Program-made: the position numbers and the translations under genes
From: Orbicella franksi
Taxonomy: Eukaryota
Length of the DNA: 64,000 nucleotides
NCBI GenBank assembly: GCA_964199315.1
Contig: OZ116700.1
Span: 14,570,001-14,634,000, forward strand
Direction of reading: 5' to 3'
In this document: positions 24,553-36,562 of the stretch, piece by piece
Numbering within the stretch: position 1 is the stretch's first letter
How the letters are laid out: every line of letters starts with the position of its first letter
The notes under the pieces: model-generated
What the model saw: only the letters and a program-made list of their open reading frames with translations
Databases searched by the model: none
What the model was told of the DNA's origin: nothing

Positions 24553-24870
24553 TACAGTCGAACCTTCTGTAAGCGACCACCCAAAATGTCAATTCTAGGT
24601 GGTTGCTTACGAGAGCTTATACCATGCACATTGGGTCGATATTTTGCCACATTAGCATATGGTAAATGCAGGGAAATACTGGCCCCATGCACCAATGCCG
24701 ATGCAATGTTTTATTCACAAGAAAAGTCAATTTTGTGAAAAAAAAAATACGGATTTTCCCACTGAGAAATTTCCGTCTCTTTCACTAGCCAGGGGTATGA
24801 TAATGTTGCAACACCTGATTATCCAAGTGTCTCCTAAATTATCTGTTAAGTGGTCGTTTACGAGAGGTTC
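24553..24870. mobile_element. Tc1/mariner-type MITE
   Basis: Left end TACAGTCGAACCTTCTGTAAGCGACCAC; right end GTGGTCGTTTACGAGAGGTTC (inverted match, last terminal bases missing). Confidence 0.65.
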
Positions 24871-26582
24871 TGTTTTTATCTTTGCTATTTCCATCTTTAT
24901 GGTATACATCTTGGTTACCTGTTGTGTTCTGACTGTCGATTTCCTCTTGAGTTTTCTTAATCCAATCTTCCCACTCCTCAGTACACTCATCTGGCATCCA
25001 ATTAGAATAAGTATCCCTCAGGTGTCTGCTAAACAGAGGAACTTTCATTTCCTCAAATGACGATGCGACCATTCCCGATTGACCAGTTGGAAGATCTTCA
25101 AAGATGGAGAATCTTGATTGATCAACCGAGATCCACTCTGTCGATGTGGATCTCTTCTTGTACGAAAATTGCACTCCTTCCCCTTCAACTTTGAAGTTAA
25201 ATTGGTATGACTTTAGGTGCCCGTGAAGGTCAGGAATGAACCCATCTATCCAGTCTCGTACATTGTAAAGATGGTCAAGCATTTCTGTGTCAACGGGGTC
25301 TTTTCTATTAACTTGCTTGACTTTCTAAAGCAGTTGTGATAGCGTGAGGACTTTGAACTTGTTTAGGATTCTTGCAGTGCAGGAGAACAATTGGTCGATA
25401 TCCTCATGAGTGTGTCCCACCATTAAAAATCCAATTTTAATCTGGAAACAAACAAACACACAAATAAGCAAATGAAAATCAACAGAAATGTCCTTTTTTA
25501 AGGAACGTATGTGAATAAGCCGAAAGGAAAGGTCTTATTGCAATAAAGACATTTTTTTATCACAGCTATTAAATGGAGCAACGTTAGCACATGCCAGCAA
25601 AGTCACAATAAATTTTACAGACCATCCTAATGCAATTTTTTTTTTGGAGGGGGGGAGGTGGTCAATTTCCTTTTAATTGGATGGCTTTTATCCTGTAGGT
25701 TGCCATTAAATAGCAATAAATTGCAGTAGTAATGGAAAAGCCAATGAAAGTTTAAGAAGTAATTAGCAGGTATTTCTACTGCTTACATTTTAAAGAGCTT
25801 CATTTTCACAAGTAGGAAACAAAAGCAAAGGACCCACTTATTCTTGTTCTCTCTGCAACAGTTGTCCATTTGCAGGTAGATTACATCCTGTGTAGTCTTG
25901 TGTTTAGCGATTACCTTGAGCAGCACAGTAAGTGTTAAGGCGGGGGTATACCTGAAAAAATGCAACTTTTTTGAACTCTTATACCAGTCAGGATATAATT
26001 CCAAACCACAGACAACTATATATCATTGGAAAGCTATTTAATCAAAGATTATAAAATTTGCTGTTTTAGTGACACCCCTTGCATGTATCACGTGACACGG
26101 GCTGGTCAAACTGCCGCCTGCTGTGCATGACTGATGTGTAGTTGAGCAAAGATATCTCATTCTGGGCTACAGAAAACTGTGTGTTTTTCATATTATCTTA
26201 CAGAATACATACTGTTAGTGGTAATAAGCGATGGGATTTGCTCAGTTGTAAATTTGCACAAAAAAGCAATAGTATCAAGTTACAAGATCAAAATTAGGTA
26301 AAATTTGAATTTTTGATGCTCAACAATTTCTTTACTTTAACTCCTACCACAAAATCCATCGCTTATTACCATCAACACACTAAGAAGTATTTACCTTGAA
26401 AATTTCAGCTCAATATCTCAAATCCATCTTGAGATATCTTTGCTCAAAGGCAGAATATCGACATTTTAAGAAATAGTGCTTTAAAGTCAATAAACACAAA
26501 TAAAAGACAGTATCAATCAAACTGTGTTCCCAATAAGTGTCAAACAGTACATGTTCTCATTATTTGAGTCTGGGGAAGTAAA

Positions 26583-28156
26583 TTAAAAGCCACTGGCCTC
26601 ATAAGTGATGCCCTCCATCTCACGGAGGGCTTCTTCCCGCCTTGTGCGAACAAGTGATAGGCCCTGGCGACGCTTCTTCTCTTTTGTTGTTGCCTGGCTA
26701 TCAGCCTTACAAAGTCTCTTCTTGTCCTTGATGTGTATTAAGCTGCTTGTATAGGACCCATGTGGAATAGAAAGTCTTTCCATAATTTTCTTTCTGCTTT
26801 CTGCTCCTTTATGGAAGTGACATACTGCAGATGCAGCTGCACAGCGCACCACTTTGGCTCCATGGTGCTTATGTTTCGGGCACCTGACCCAAACCATTGA
26901 GTTAATGCACTCATTGGGGTTTTGGGTTGTTCCCCTTACACATCTCTCAAGAAGCTTGGAGTCACTGAGAGTAAGAAATGTTGGTTTCAACAGTTCCAAA
27001 AACACCACTGGCAAACAGTCATCCCCTTTGTATGTTTTTGTGCCTGTTGCCTGGTCCTGTTGCCACTTGCACCATGAGTTCTCTCCCACTGGACAGAATC
27101 TATGTTGCTTTGTAGGATTGTCTGATTTGACACTGTGATGTAGTATGGCAACAATGTTCTTTTTCATTGCATACACAGCAACATCTACTTCCCTTTCTGA
27201 GGGATTTGCTTTTGAGAGAGTGTTTTGATGGATAGCCAAGCCATAATACTTTTGAAGTTGTTTTATCTTGCCTTCAGTCAGTCGGCCATGACCACCAATG
27301 GGCTTTCCATCCTCAAGTTTTCCTTTTGTTCGAGATTTTAGGTTCAGGAGGTGTTTTCCCATCCTCTTTTGGACATGGCCTACACAGTCAAGCTTTACAA
27401 CTTTGCAATCACTGCTGTACAAATTCTCAACAGCATTGAACGCTTTACTGTCCCCATCTGATACCATCCATTTGTACCGAATGTTATGCAGCTCTATGGA
27501 TCTCTTCCACAGAATTTCAGCTCCCTCAGCTTCCATTGCTGGTGAACTCCCTTTAAAATTTATATCGCATTCCCCGGATGCCAAATGTTCTCTTCTCCAC
27601 TCTTCAAATCGCTCATTGTCGTCTTCACACTGACTTTTCTTCGATGCACACTTTTGACATGCTTTTGACAAAACATGGTAATCTAGTACCTCACCTGTGT
27701 CCACTGAAACCACAAAAACCACACCTGTCAATGAGGTGAAGCCCCTTTTGGCCCACGTGCCATCAAAACTTACTGCCGCATCTATAACATTTCCAGTATC
27801 AGACTCTCCATTCTCCTCCGTGATAAGCTTTCGAAGCTTCTGGCCTGCACTCAAGAGTTCTTCTTTGGTCACGCTTTCTAAGACATCTAAAATAGTCTCC
27901 ACCTGCTTGTAATAGGCCCTCTTAGACAGACATGGCATGTTCATAATACTGCAGAATGATGCAAATCCTTCGTAACCACAACCAGTCTCAATTGAGTGGT
28001 AGACAGCCCTTCTGTTTACGTCAAATGACTTTCCTCTTTTGGAGATGTTGACTGAGGTGTGTAATGTGGTGTCTTCATCACAACCATCACAGCATATGGA
28101 AAGATCAGACATCAGCCCTGCACGCCTACCAGTGTTCTCTTGAATAGTCAGATTCC
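26583..28156 (-). CDS. Kolobok transposase, exon 2 (catalytic DDE domain; Mutator-like transposase family)
   Basis: Open frame with SFDGTWAKRG (D), VSDGDSK (D), LDCVGH (CxxH) and NPNECIN (E). Acceptor TTTTAG at 28157. Confidence 0.9.
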
Positions 28157-28386
28157 CTAAAACCAATTATAGTGTATTTGAAAAATAGATACATTCTTCA
28201 AAAATGTAAAAGCAACCAAAAATTTTATTGTCATATACCCCCTATACCCACTGCCCCCACAATACTAATGCACAATAATTTTTAAAATATATAAAATTTG
28301 CTTACATACATTTATATTTATAATTTCAATTTCAAACACATTTGGTTAAATAAACTGTCCTACAAGTTTCATGTTGCTTTACTCAC

Positions 28387-28774
28387 CTTCCTCGCATCTG
28401 TGCACATTGGAAAGGACTGAAGATAAGTTCTTCAAATGGACCAGTCTGTAACCATCCTCTGCCTCCACTAATTTAGTTTTCTTAGTTTCTGTTTCGCTTT
28501 CTGAGCTTTCAGAACTGTCATCTTCGGAGTTGTACAGCTTCATCTTCTTTCTAGATGCACTCTCTGGTTGATCAAGCTCCGTGTCTGAGCCTTCCATGTC
28601 ACTTGTTTCCAATAACTCTTCGTGACTGTCGTGGGGCATCTCCGGTTTTGAGCGAGCAATTTCATCCTCTTCCAACACTGGTTTTTCCAGCAATTTTGCA
28701 TACCAAGGAACCCCACTAAACCCTTTTCCTTTCCGTGTTTTTCTGAAACGACTTCTATGCCTTTTCCCAGCCAT
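28387..28774 (-). CDS. Kolobok transposase, exon 1
   Basis: ATG at 28774 (MAGKRHRSRFRK...), donor GTGAGT at 28386. The phase-1 splice gives EE|GNLTIQ. 388+1574 nt = 654 codons, i.e. 653 aa with no internal stop. Confidence 0.82.
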
Positions 28775-29852
28775 ATTCAACCAAAAATATTCCTATATGT
28801 CTATACTCTGACCTCCAATGCTCCCACAGCTAAAATTCTATACCATAATGCAATTGGCAATACCCCACTTCATGTAAGAGGTAACAGAATGCCCTATTTG
28901 ACAGTGGTTCGATTTTCGCGCTTTCTTGGGGATTCAAGAGGTAGTAAACAAGAGAAAAACAAAAGTTATCATTCCCGTTGCCATGGCAACATGATTTTTA
29001 TAGATCACCTTGTCCAATAAAGTGCCTCGCTGACGTTAAATTATTAAAAATAGTCAAAAAATTCATTTGTCAATGGAAAGGTAAATAGTAAAAGATGTGT
29101 ATTCCAACGAAAAATTTTTTTCCATTTTTCCACCAAATTTCAGGTGGACCCCCGCCTTAAGTTGGTGTCTTGGGGCCATCGCTGTCCTTCAGCTACATAA
29201 GTTTCAGTTCCTTTCCCATGTACAATCACTCCTACGATATGAGTCCTCAGCTGATGTAGAGATCCCAGCACTTTTGGTACCACGGAAATGAGGAATACTA
29301 GTTTTATTATGGTCCATTCCTACAAAGAGAAAAACACCTTATTTGTACGTAATGTATGTGTGTCTCTAAGCTAGGCCTGAAAGCGTTAAAGTTATCATGA
29401 TTATTTCCACTTCATCATCTGGTTTTGTAACAGAACATCATATTGATCTTAGTTTTTTGAATGACAATTATCACTTGATGCTTGTTGGAATAATAATCAT
29501 GTCAAACTAACATATATCTTACTGGTAATACTTACACAATAATTGACATATACTTTGTGGGATTATTCCTGGCTTTGTTACCATGTTTGTAGTACTTCTC
29601 TCTCTTGCATCTTAACATGTGAACATTGAATGCCAATAATAAAAATAGTAATTATTATTATTATTATTATTCATTATTATTATTAGGGAACTTAAGCATA
29701 GACAATGAATTGGACGACGACGTTCCATATCCAAGAAAGACTGGGGAGACGTTTTCTTTTTCGGTGGGAAAACTGAAAGTCAAGCAGCCGTGTTCTTTTG
29801 CTAGACGACGACATTTTTACTCACGATAAATCAGGATACGTTTTGTCGCTTT

Positions 29853-31320
29853 ATGGCATTCAAAGATGTTTGCAATTTGCTTCTTATCAGCCATGACGAT
29901 GGTTTGATTGATGATGAAGAACTTATTGTTCTTTATGACCTTTATTCTTTGAGAGACCCGGATTTTCCATACGATTGTTACACAGCCTTTGACCTGGATG
30001 AGCTCGATGAATCAGAAAGTGTGTCAGACTTCCGTTTTCGTAAACGAGATGTACGAGCTTTATCAAACGTTCTACAGATTCCAGACACCATAACCTGCAA
30101 CCAACGGTCTGTTTGTGATGGCATTGAAGCCCTTTGCATGCTACTCAAGCGCATGTCTTATCCTTGTAGATATGGAGATATGATTTACAGGTTTGCTAAA
30201 CCAGTGCCAGTTGTCAGTATGATTACCAACCAAATGCTTAACTACATTTATGATACCCATGGACACAAGCTACTGAACTGGAATCATGATATTCTTAGTC
30301 ATGCGAACCTCCAAACCTATGTTGATGCAAAAACAGCCAAGGGGACTCTGTTGGAAAACTGCTTTGGGTTTATTGATGGCACGGTCAGACCCATTGCGCG
30401 CCCTGGAGAACACCAAGGGATTCTTTACAATGGGCATAAGCGGGTCCACACCCTTAAGTTTCAAAGCATTGCACTGCCTAACCGTATGATAGGAAATTTA
30501 TATGGCCCAGTTGGTAAGTTATTTAAAATTAGCTTATATTACTGAAGACAATTTTGACTGCTTAGGATGCTTGTTACTTCTGTTTATTTTACATGCAACT
30601 CCCAGGGTGGAGGCTTCACTTGCTTTGAAACTTCATTTTCCCCTCATGTAGGGCATATCCTCTTTATTGTAAAAGTAATTTGACCAAGAATAATGTTAGA
30701 AAATAAAAGTTCCCTTGAATGCAAATATTTTGCAAGTCCCCCATGCATAGACGTCCACCCCCTCTGCCTGCAACAGTTAACAAAATCACCCTCAAATCCT
30801 GACTCTAGTCCATACCCCCTCCCTCCTTGACTAAAATATACCTCGATGTTTTATCTATTCATCTATTTCACACAACAGCTGATATAATCATAATCTGTCT
30901 CGTTTTAGAAGGGAGAAAACATGATGCTGGCATGGCTCGCTGACTCAAGATTACTTCATGACTTAGAGCAGTTTGCCTTTAATCCAGCTGGCCAGCCACT
31001 CTGTGTCTATGGCGACCCAGCTTATCTGCTCAGAATACACCTTCAAGGACCCTTCGAGTATGGTGTGCTCACTCCTCAAATGGAAGAATACAATCGTAGA
31101 ATGAGTGCCATTAGGAGCTCAGTAGAGTGGCTATTTGGAGATGTAGTAAACTCCTTTAAATTCAATGACTTCAAAAAAAATTTGAAACTTTTTCTAAACA
31201 GTGTTGGGAAAATGTATGTAGTTTCCGTGATACTTCGAAATGCACTGACATGTTTGTATGGAAACCTGACAAACTTTTTTTGATCTCATACCACCAAGAC
31301 TTGAGGATTATTTTGCTTAG
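29853..31320 (+). pseudogene. HARBI1-like DDE_Tnp_4 nuclease; two exons (intron ~30514-30908), frameshifted
   Basis: CFGFIDGTVRPIARP...YNGHKRVHTLKFQS...YGPV|EGRKHDAGM...YGDPAY...VEWLFGDV. Frameshifts at ~30933 and ~31280. Confidence 0.88.
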
Positions 31321-32139
31321 GAAATGGTGTGAACAGGTTACTAGCAACTGTGGCTGATACTATAAGATATGAAGCCAATGTTAACTGTTTTGGAATAAAT
31401 TGGGTTCTTTTACAAAAGAAATACCTATTTTCATTTCTTTTGCTGGATTCTTATTTATCTACTTGCATTGTAGTTGTCCAAAGTTGACAATAGGTAATGG
31501 ATCACATGCATCAAAACAGGTCTTTTTGAATGGTTCCAATTCATTAGCTAATTAAGCCAGTTTTGTTCAAAACACGACTTAATTGTACATGTATGAAGTT
31601 CAGAAAGATGCTTATGAACTGAGTACTAGATATAAAAAGGAAATGAAGAATTGTGAAATTTTCAATAAAGGAAAAACATTACTGAATGCAGTGCAGAGTC
31701 AAAAGCAATGTATTTAATGGCACCTCTCAGAATTTGGCCTCTCCCCCAGTTTTAAATGAGAAAAGTCACTGATTTAAGGCACAAACAGCCAATACAAATG
31801 TAAAAAACAACTTTATTATCAAAACTTTCAAATACATACAACACTGCAAGCACTTCCGTGCAATAACCTTAATCTATAACAAAATGCAACCTTTGGACCC
31901 AAAATGGGATGCATGGGTAAACTAAATTGTCCTTAACCAACAACTGTTTCCTTGTTTAGTTCATTTAACACAATTCATATCTAACTGCCAGCAAAGCCCA
32001 CCATTCCTGATAGTAAAATGTAAAACTATAAAAAGAGACCCCTGCTAGTAGGGGTTCAACTCAGTGCAATGTAACTCAATGTTTACAAAATGGCTCATGA
32101 CGAAATGTTACTCACAGCCTTGAACTAAGTTTAAAGAGT

Positions 32140-32900
32140 TCATTCTTTCTTGTTGTTTTCCATGAATGCCATCAGAAGCTTGCTTTGCTGCTGCTGTTGT
32201 GCCACTAACAATGCTTGCAAATTCTGCTGGCTCTGTTGCTGCTGCTTGTGAGCCATCATTGCTGAAAACATAGTCTGCTGTTGTTTGGAAGCTTGATGTT
32301 GCTTTTCAGCTTGCACCTGTATTTCTCTCATCTTGACTTCTAATTCCTGTTTCCTGTACTCGCTTTTGTTGTCCGATCTCTCTCTCAAGTAATCAATAGC
32401 ATCAAGAGTGCTTCGTTTGACCTTTGGTTTCTTTTGTTTGTTCTCCTGATCATCAATTTAGGGCTTAGCCATTCTCTCCATTGGTCGCTTCCTCACTTCC
32501 TCTGCTGTGGCTTTTTCCTTGTCTGCCTTACTCTTCTTTTCAAGGTCTTTTGAGTCTAATTCCTTCTTGGCGTCATTTTCTTGCTCCAAAATTTCCTCCA
32601 ACAGGTTATCGAGCTCCATCTGCTCCACTTCAACACGCAAAGCCCTCTCTTCCATTCTCAATTTTTATGCATATTTTGTCGATAGCAGTGAAAACGATCA
32701 TGTATGGATCTGGTGGTGACTCTAAAGCTCGGCTGATGGATGCCGTTGAGCTGCTGGGCAAGGGATTCCCATGACTGCCCTCTTTCAGGGGTCCTCACCT
32801 TGAATTTGTAGGGTTCACTCAGAAGCACTTCCCTGCACATGATTACATCGTGGTCTGTCATCCACTGAAAGTACTTGCCTCTACACACAAGATAAAGGAA
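32140..32900 (-). pseudogene. Harbinger accessory Myb/SANT-like protein with Q-rich coiled-coil tail
   Basis: [14 protein letters not shown]...[13 protein letters not shown]...TTRSIHDRF, then ORFs 32458-32661 and 32140-32388 in shifted frames. Confidence 0.75.
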
Positions 32901-33100
32901 TAGCAAGTCACAAGAAAGTTCCAACTTAGCGTAAAAATGCAATTACGGCGCTCAATGCGATAGGAAGAGTGTACTAAGATCTGCAATTGTTTTCTCAGTT
33001 TCCTCCTGAGGCATATATCTCAACGGAACGGACTGGATGACCTGGAGAGGCCGAAATATGACTGTCGATCTTTCTAAAACATCTGGATTCAAACTAGTGC

Positions 33101-33152
33101 TAGCCTGCAAATACAGCCACCCCTCATTCGTACCCGCTGTATTTACAGGCTA
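33101..33152. mobile_element. 52-bp hairpin mini-transposon with 9-10-bp TSD (AcademH-like, non-autonomous)
   Basis: 17-bp TIR TAGCCTGCAAATACAGC / GCTGTATTTACAGGCTA (1 mismatch), flanked by AACTAGTGC at 33092-33100 and 33153-33161. Confidence 0.75.
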
Positions 33153-36100
33153 AACTAGTGCATTTCCTGATCATTGCGAACATTCTGTACCAATATATGA
33201 CTGAATATATGAAAAATGTGTCAAGACTTTACACGAATTATAAAAATTTTATAATTAAAAGAGCAGTGAAAACCTGTTGTAGAGAAATGTACCCTTGATA
33301 AAGATCCATTGAATATCAGTAAAGTATCCTATTTTGAAGTACTCACTTTTGTTTTTTTAAATGTTTATCGTGTTTTTGACGTGTGTTCTGTCGCTCCTTT
33401 TTATCTGCAGATTTTTGCAGCTCTTCTTTGAACTTAAACACTTTGTACACTTTGTAAACCTGTTTTCCTGTGAAAAGTAAAATAACTAATAAACACGTTA
33501 TTTAAAACTGCCTTTCCAGTAATGCGGTCATGGTCATTGCATGCACCAAATAAAAACATAAGAAATGGAATGCAAGTTGTAAACTGAACAAAAAACTGAG
33601 AACATCAACTTCAGATAATTCCGCTCAGGACTGTAGTTACCTTTCCAGTTATTGTTTACTCTTTGTTAACCGGAGAACTATAGTTACCTTTCTGATTTTA
33701 ACATTTTTTGGCCATACTCGCCTAAAATGAGAGAAAGAGCATGGTTTTATGTCCCTTGACTTCAGAGTTTCACACATTTCATTGTAAATGTCTTCTTTCT
33801 TAAGGCAAGTTGGCAGATGTACCTAAATGAGACGTAGCAAACGAGGGTTTAAATTTTGTCTGATCTAGTAGTATAGTGAATGAATGAATGTTTTATATAT
33901 AGTTTTACTAGGAATTTATGCGTTTCTCAGAAACGGGTAGAAAAAAAATTGGTCTCAATTTTGGCTTTGTGTGCAAGTTTAAAATGGGTGGAAGTATACA
34001 ATAATCATATTTACCATACGCACGCATCAGCAAAAGTTCGCAGTGTGTCTACACTCTACCAAAGTGAAAATAATACTTACGCCCCTAATTTGTACATATC
34101 TCATTGCTGTCTGGCATCATGTCTCCCAGGGTGTGCATATAATTAGACAGAAAGGCTCTAGCTTCTTGGACATGAATTTGTGTATTAAGGCCCATACCCT
34201 TATTACCATGCTCAATGAAAACAGACCTCCGTATCCTCAAAATAGCAAAGTATCTGTAGGCGTTAATTTTTGGAAAACAAAGAACAAAACGTTAATAATC
34301 ATCAAAACAAAACTTTTCGACGGATCAATACAATACTGAGGATGCTTAATTTATCTTTCATCTTAATATATTGGAACATAATTTTGTACAGCAATCAAGT
34401 CACAATTAAACCAAGTGGTGAACATGTCATGATCAGTAAACCTGCATTCCAAATATGGAATGGTTGCTATGGGAAAAACAGTTCCCACTGTTTGCCATGT
34501 CTGTTTGGCTTGTCTGGATGTTTGTTGTTTCTGTTTGTTTGCTTCTCATGTAGAAGGCAACTCCTGGTTCAGATGGGATAATGTAATCAACAAGAAAAAT
34601 GCTGTATACGATTCTGTTTTCAGAGGATGGAGTCTGAAAATGTACTTTCTGGTACCTTGTACGAGCGAGAGCTAGACAATTTCTCCACGCCTTTTCACAG
34701 AGGCTGCTGTCTTTTCCAATGATATAAATAACTGTCTTCCCTTCCTTGTGGGTGTTCAAATAATCTAGAACCCATTGTCTCTGATCCACAGAACACTTTG
34801 AAGTGAACATCGCTCTGGCTGATCGGACCTGCTCCCCTGGAAGTTTACTAAAACAACGTTTAGTGCAACAGTCGATTTTCGCCAGAATGATATCTTCCAC
34901 AGCTGGCACATGAGAGGGGACTGTTGACATAAAATTGTGTGAACTTCCCTGAGACTCGGAGATTACAGTAGTAATATACATGGGTATTAAGTACGTGTAT
35001 GTAACCAAGACAAAGTCAACCTATCAAACTGTAAAATGAAAAAAAAACAACAACAACGACAACTATATCCGGTGGAAAAAAAAAATGACACGAAGCTTTA
35101 TTTTGTTTTACTTTGTAGCAGTGCTGCTTGCCAGGTTAGACTCACATTTCTTGGTTGATTGGTTTTGATTGTTTTCTGCTAACTTCGTCTGTGCAGCCTG
35201 GTTATTGAAGTCAGAGAGTTAGAATAATATTCAACGGGCTGAGATACTTTGAACTAAAGACAATCTGATTTATTCAGTTCAACTGATATTTACACTCACA
35301 CAGATACGTACATTTTCTTACTTGAACTATCATTCAGTTTAGCATAGAAATGAATATCATGGCAGGATGGCTAACGATGATATACATCATTTTGTTACAT
35401 TTGTAGGATACTGTAGTAATGCACTTGTACGGTAAAATCAATAGCTGTGGTTTTGGGTTGATCTTTTTAAATTTGAAAAAAAATGCCTACAAGCCCCCTT
35501 TGTCATTTTTATACCGTAACGATAAGTTAACGAGGATCGATGCGTGATTTAAATCATATTTATCTTCCACTCGGCGCTAATCAGATAATTTTTTCAAAAG
35601 TGTCTCAAATGAAAATCGGTTAATCTTTGCTTTCCGCGGTTGTCGTCAGACATTCTAATCTGTTCGCCTTTTGATAGTGTCCTCCACAAACTCATTCAGT
35701 GAACGTCCTCTCTTAATTAATTTGTCGATGGCCTCATAGTTTTCATCGTTTTGTGCAAAAGATCTATGTTCCTAAAAATTGGTACCCCATTCCTTGGAAC
35801 CCCAATATAAACAATTTTATCTGAGAAACACATACCTGATCCTGCTAGAGAAATTCCTCCTGTCTGCTGCCAAAATCTCTTGTGAACTTATTACTTGAAA
35901 TGACATCTTCAAAATACTAGAAAATAAATAAAAGAAAATGAAATACTTAAATATGCAATTCTCATTATTTACTAGTTGATAATTATAATTATTATTAGCA
36001 ATTATTGTTAAATTCAAGCTGTAAAATAATTAATTGAATTACAGTTACCTTAATCATTCACTGCAGAAGGTAACCTTGTTCAGCAAAGCCAGCTTGGCAA

Positions 36101-36562
36101 CTTCAGGATCATGGTAAAATGTCTTGTGCTTCTCATGTAGCAATGAGTTTCTGACAATTGACTCAAAGTTTGCCAAGAATTCCCTTTTAATGTTGCCATT
36201 CGGGAGTAAATAAATAGCATGAGTATGGTTTGGAACATTGAAATCCAACATTTTGGTTCAATTTGTTGACCAGTTATCATGGTGGCATGTCAGTACTATC
36301 AGGTATTTTTTTTTTTAATAATTTTAATTTACAAAACACAGTTCTACAATACTTACGTTACTTACAATACGGGTCACTTATGCTGGCAATACAATACTCA
36401 ATACAGTTCCTTACAGAAAATTTACTTGCAATACGGGCTACTTACACTGCTGACAATATAATACTCTACTTACGTTACTTGCTGTACATACAGTTACTTA
36501 CAATACGTTATACTGTGTATTGACTTTGAGGAGGGAGGAGTACTTCTCACTAAAACATTTAA

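Larger units (their letters stand above)
25939..29156 (-). mobile_element. Full-length Kolobok (Kolobok-Hydra-like) DNA transposon, 3218 bp
   Basis: 19-bp TIRs GGCGGGGGT(AT/CC)ACCTGAAA with 2 mismatches, and a TTAA TSD at 25935-25938 and 29157-29160. Removing the element restores host codons P-Q-D-T-N-L-T-L-T-V-L. Confidence 0.93.
29685..33000. mobile_element. PIF/Harbinger DNA transposon relic (two convergent genes)
   Basis: The left terminus AGGGAACTTAAGCA follows an (ATT)n tract. The nuclease is on + and the Myb/SANT-like gene on -. The right TIR was not found, so the end coordinate is approximate. Confidence 0.78.
23727..35000 (-). pseudogene. Multi-exon Sola-like (DUF7869-type) DDE transposase pseudogene, interrupted by Harbinger and Kolobok
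   Basis: Exons in minus-strand order: ~34660-34900 (CTKRCF...LCEKAW), ~34075-34230 (HGNKG...GDMMPDS), ~33705-33825 (VHLPTCLKKEDIY), ~33345-33470 (ENRFTKCTKC), ~29545-29610 (REKYYKH...YMSII), 29161-29320 (GMDHNKTSIPH...WPQDTN), 25785-25934 (LTLTVL...LQMDNCCRENKN), ~24870-25442 (FLMVGHTHEDIDQLFS), ~24415-24520, 23727-24160. Most have GT/AG ends. The superfamily name is an inference. Confidence 0.8.
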
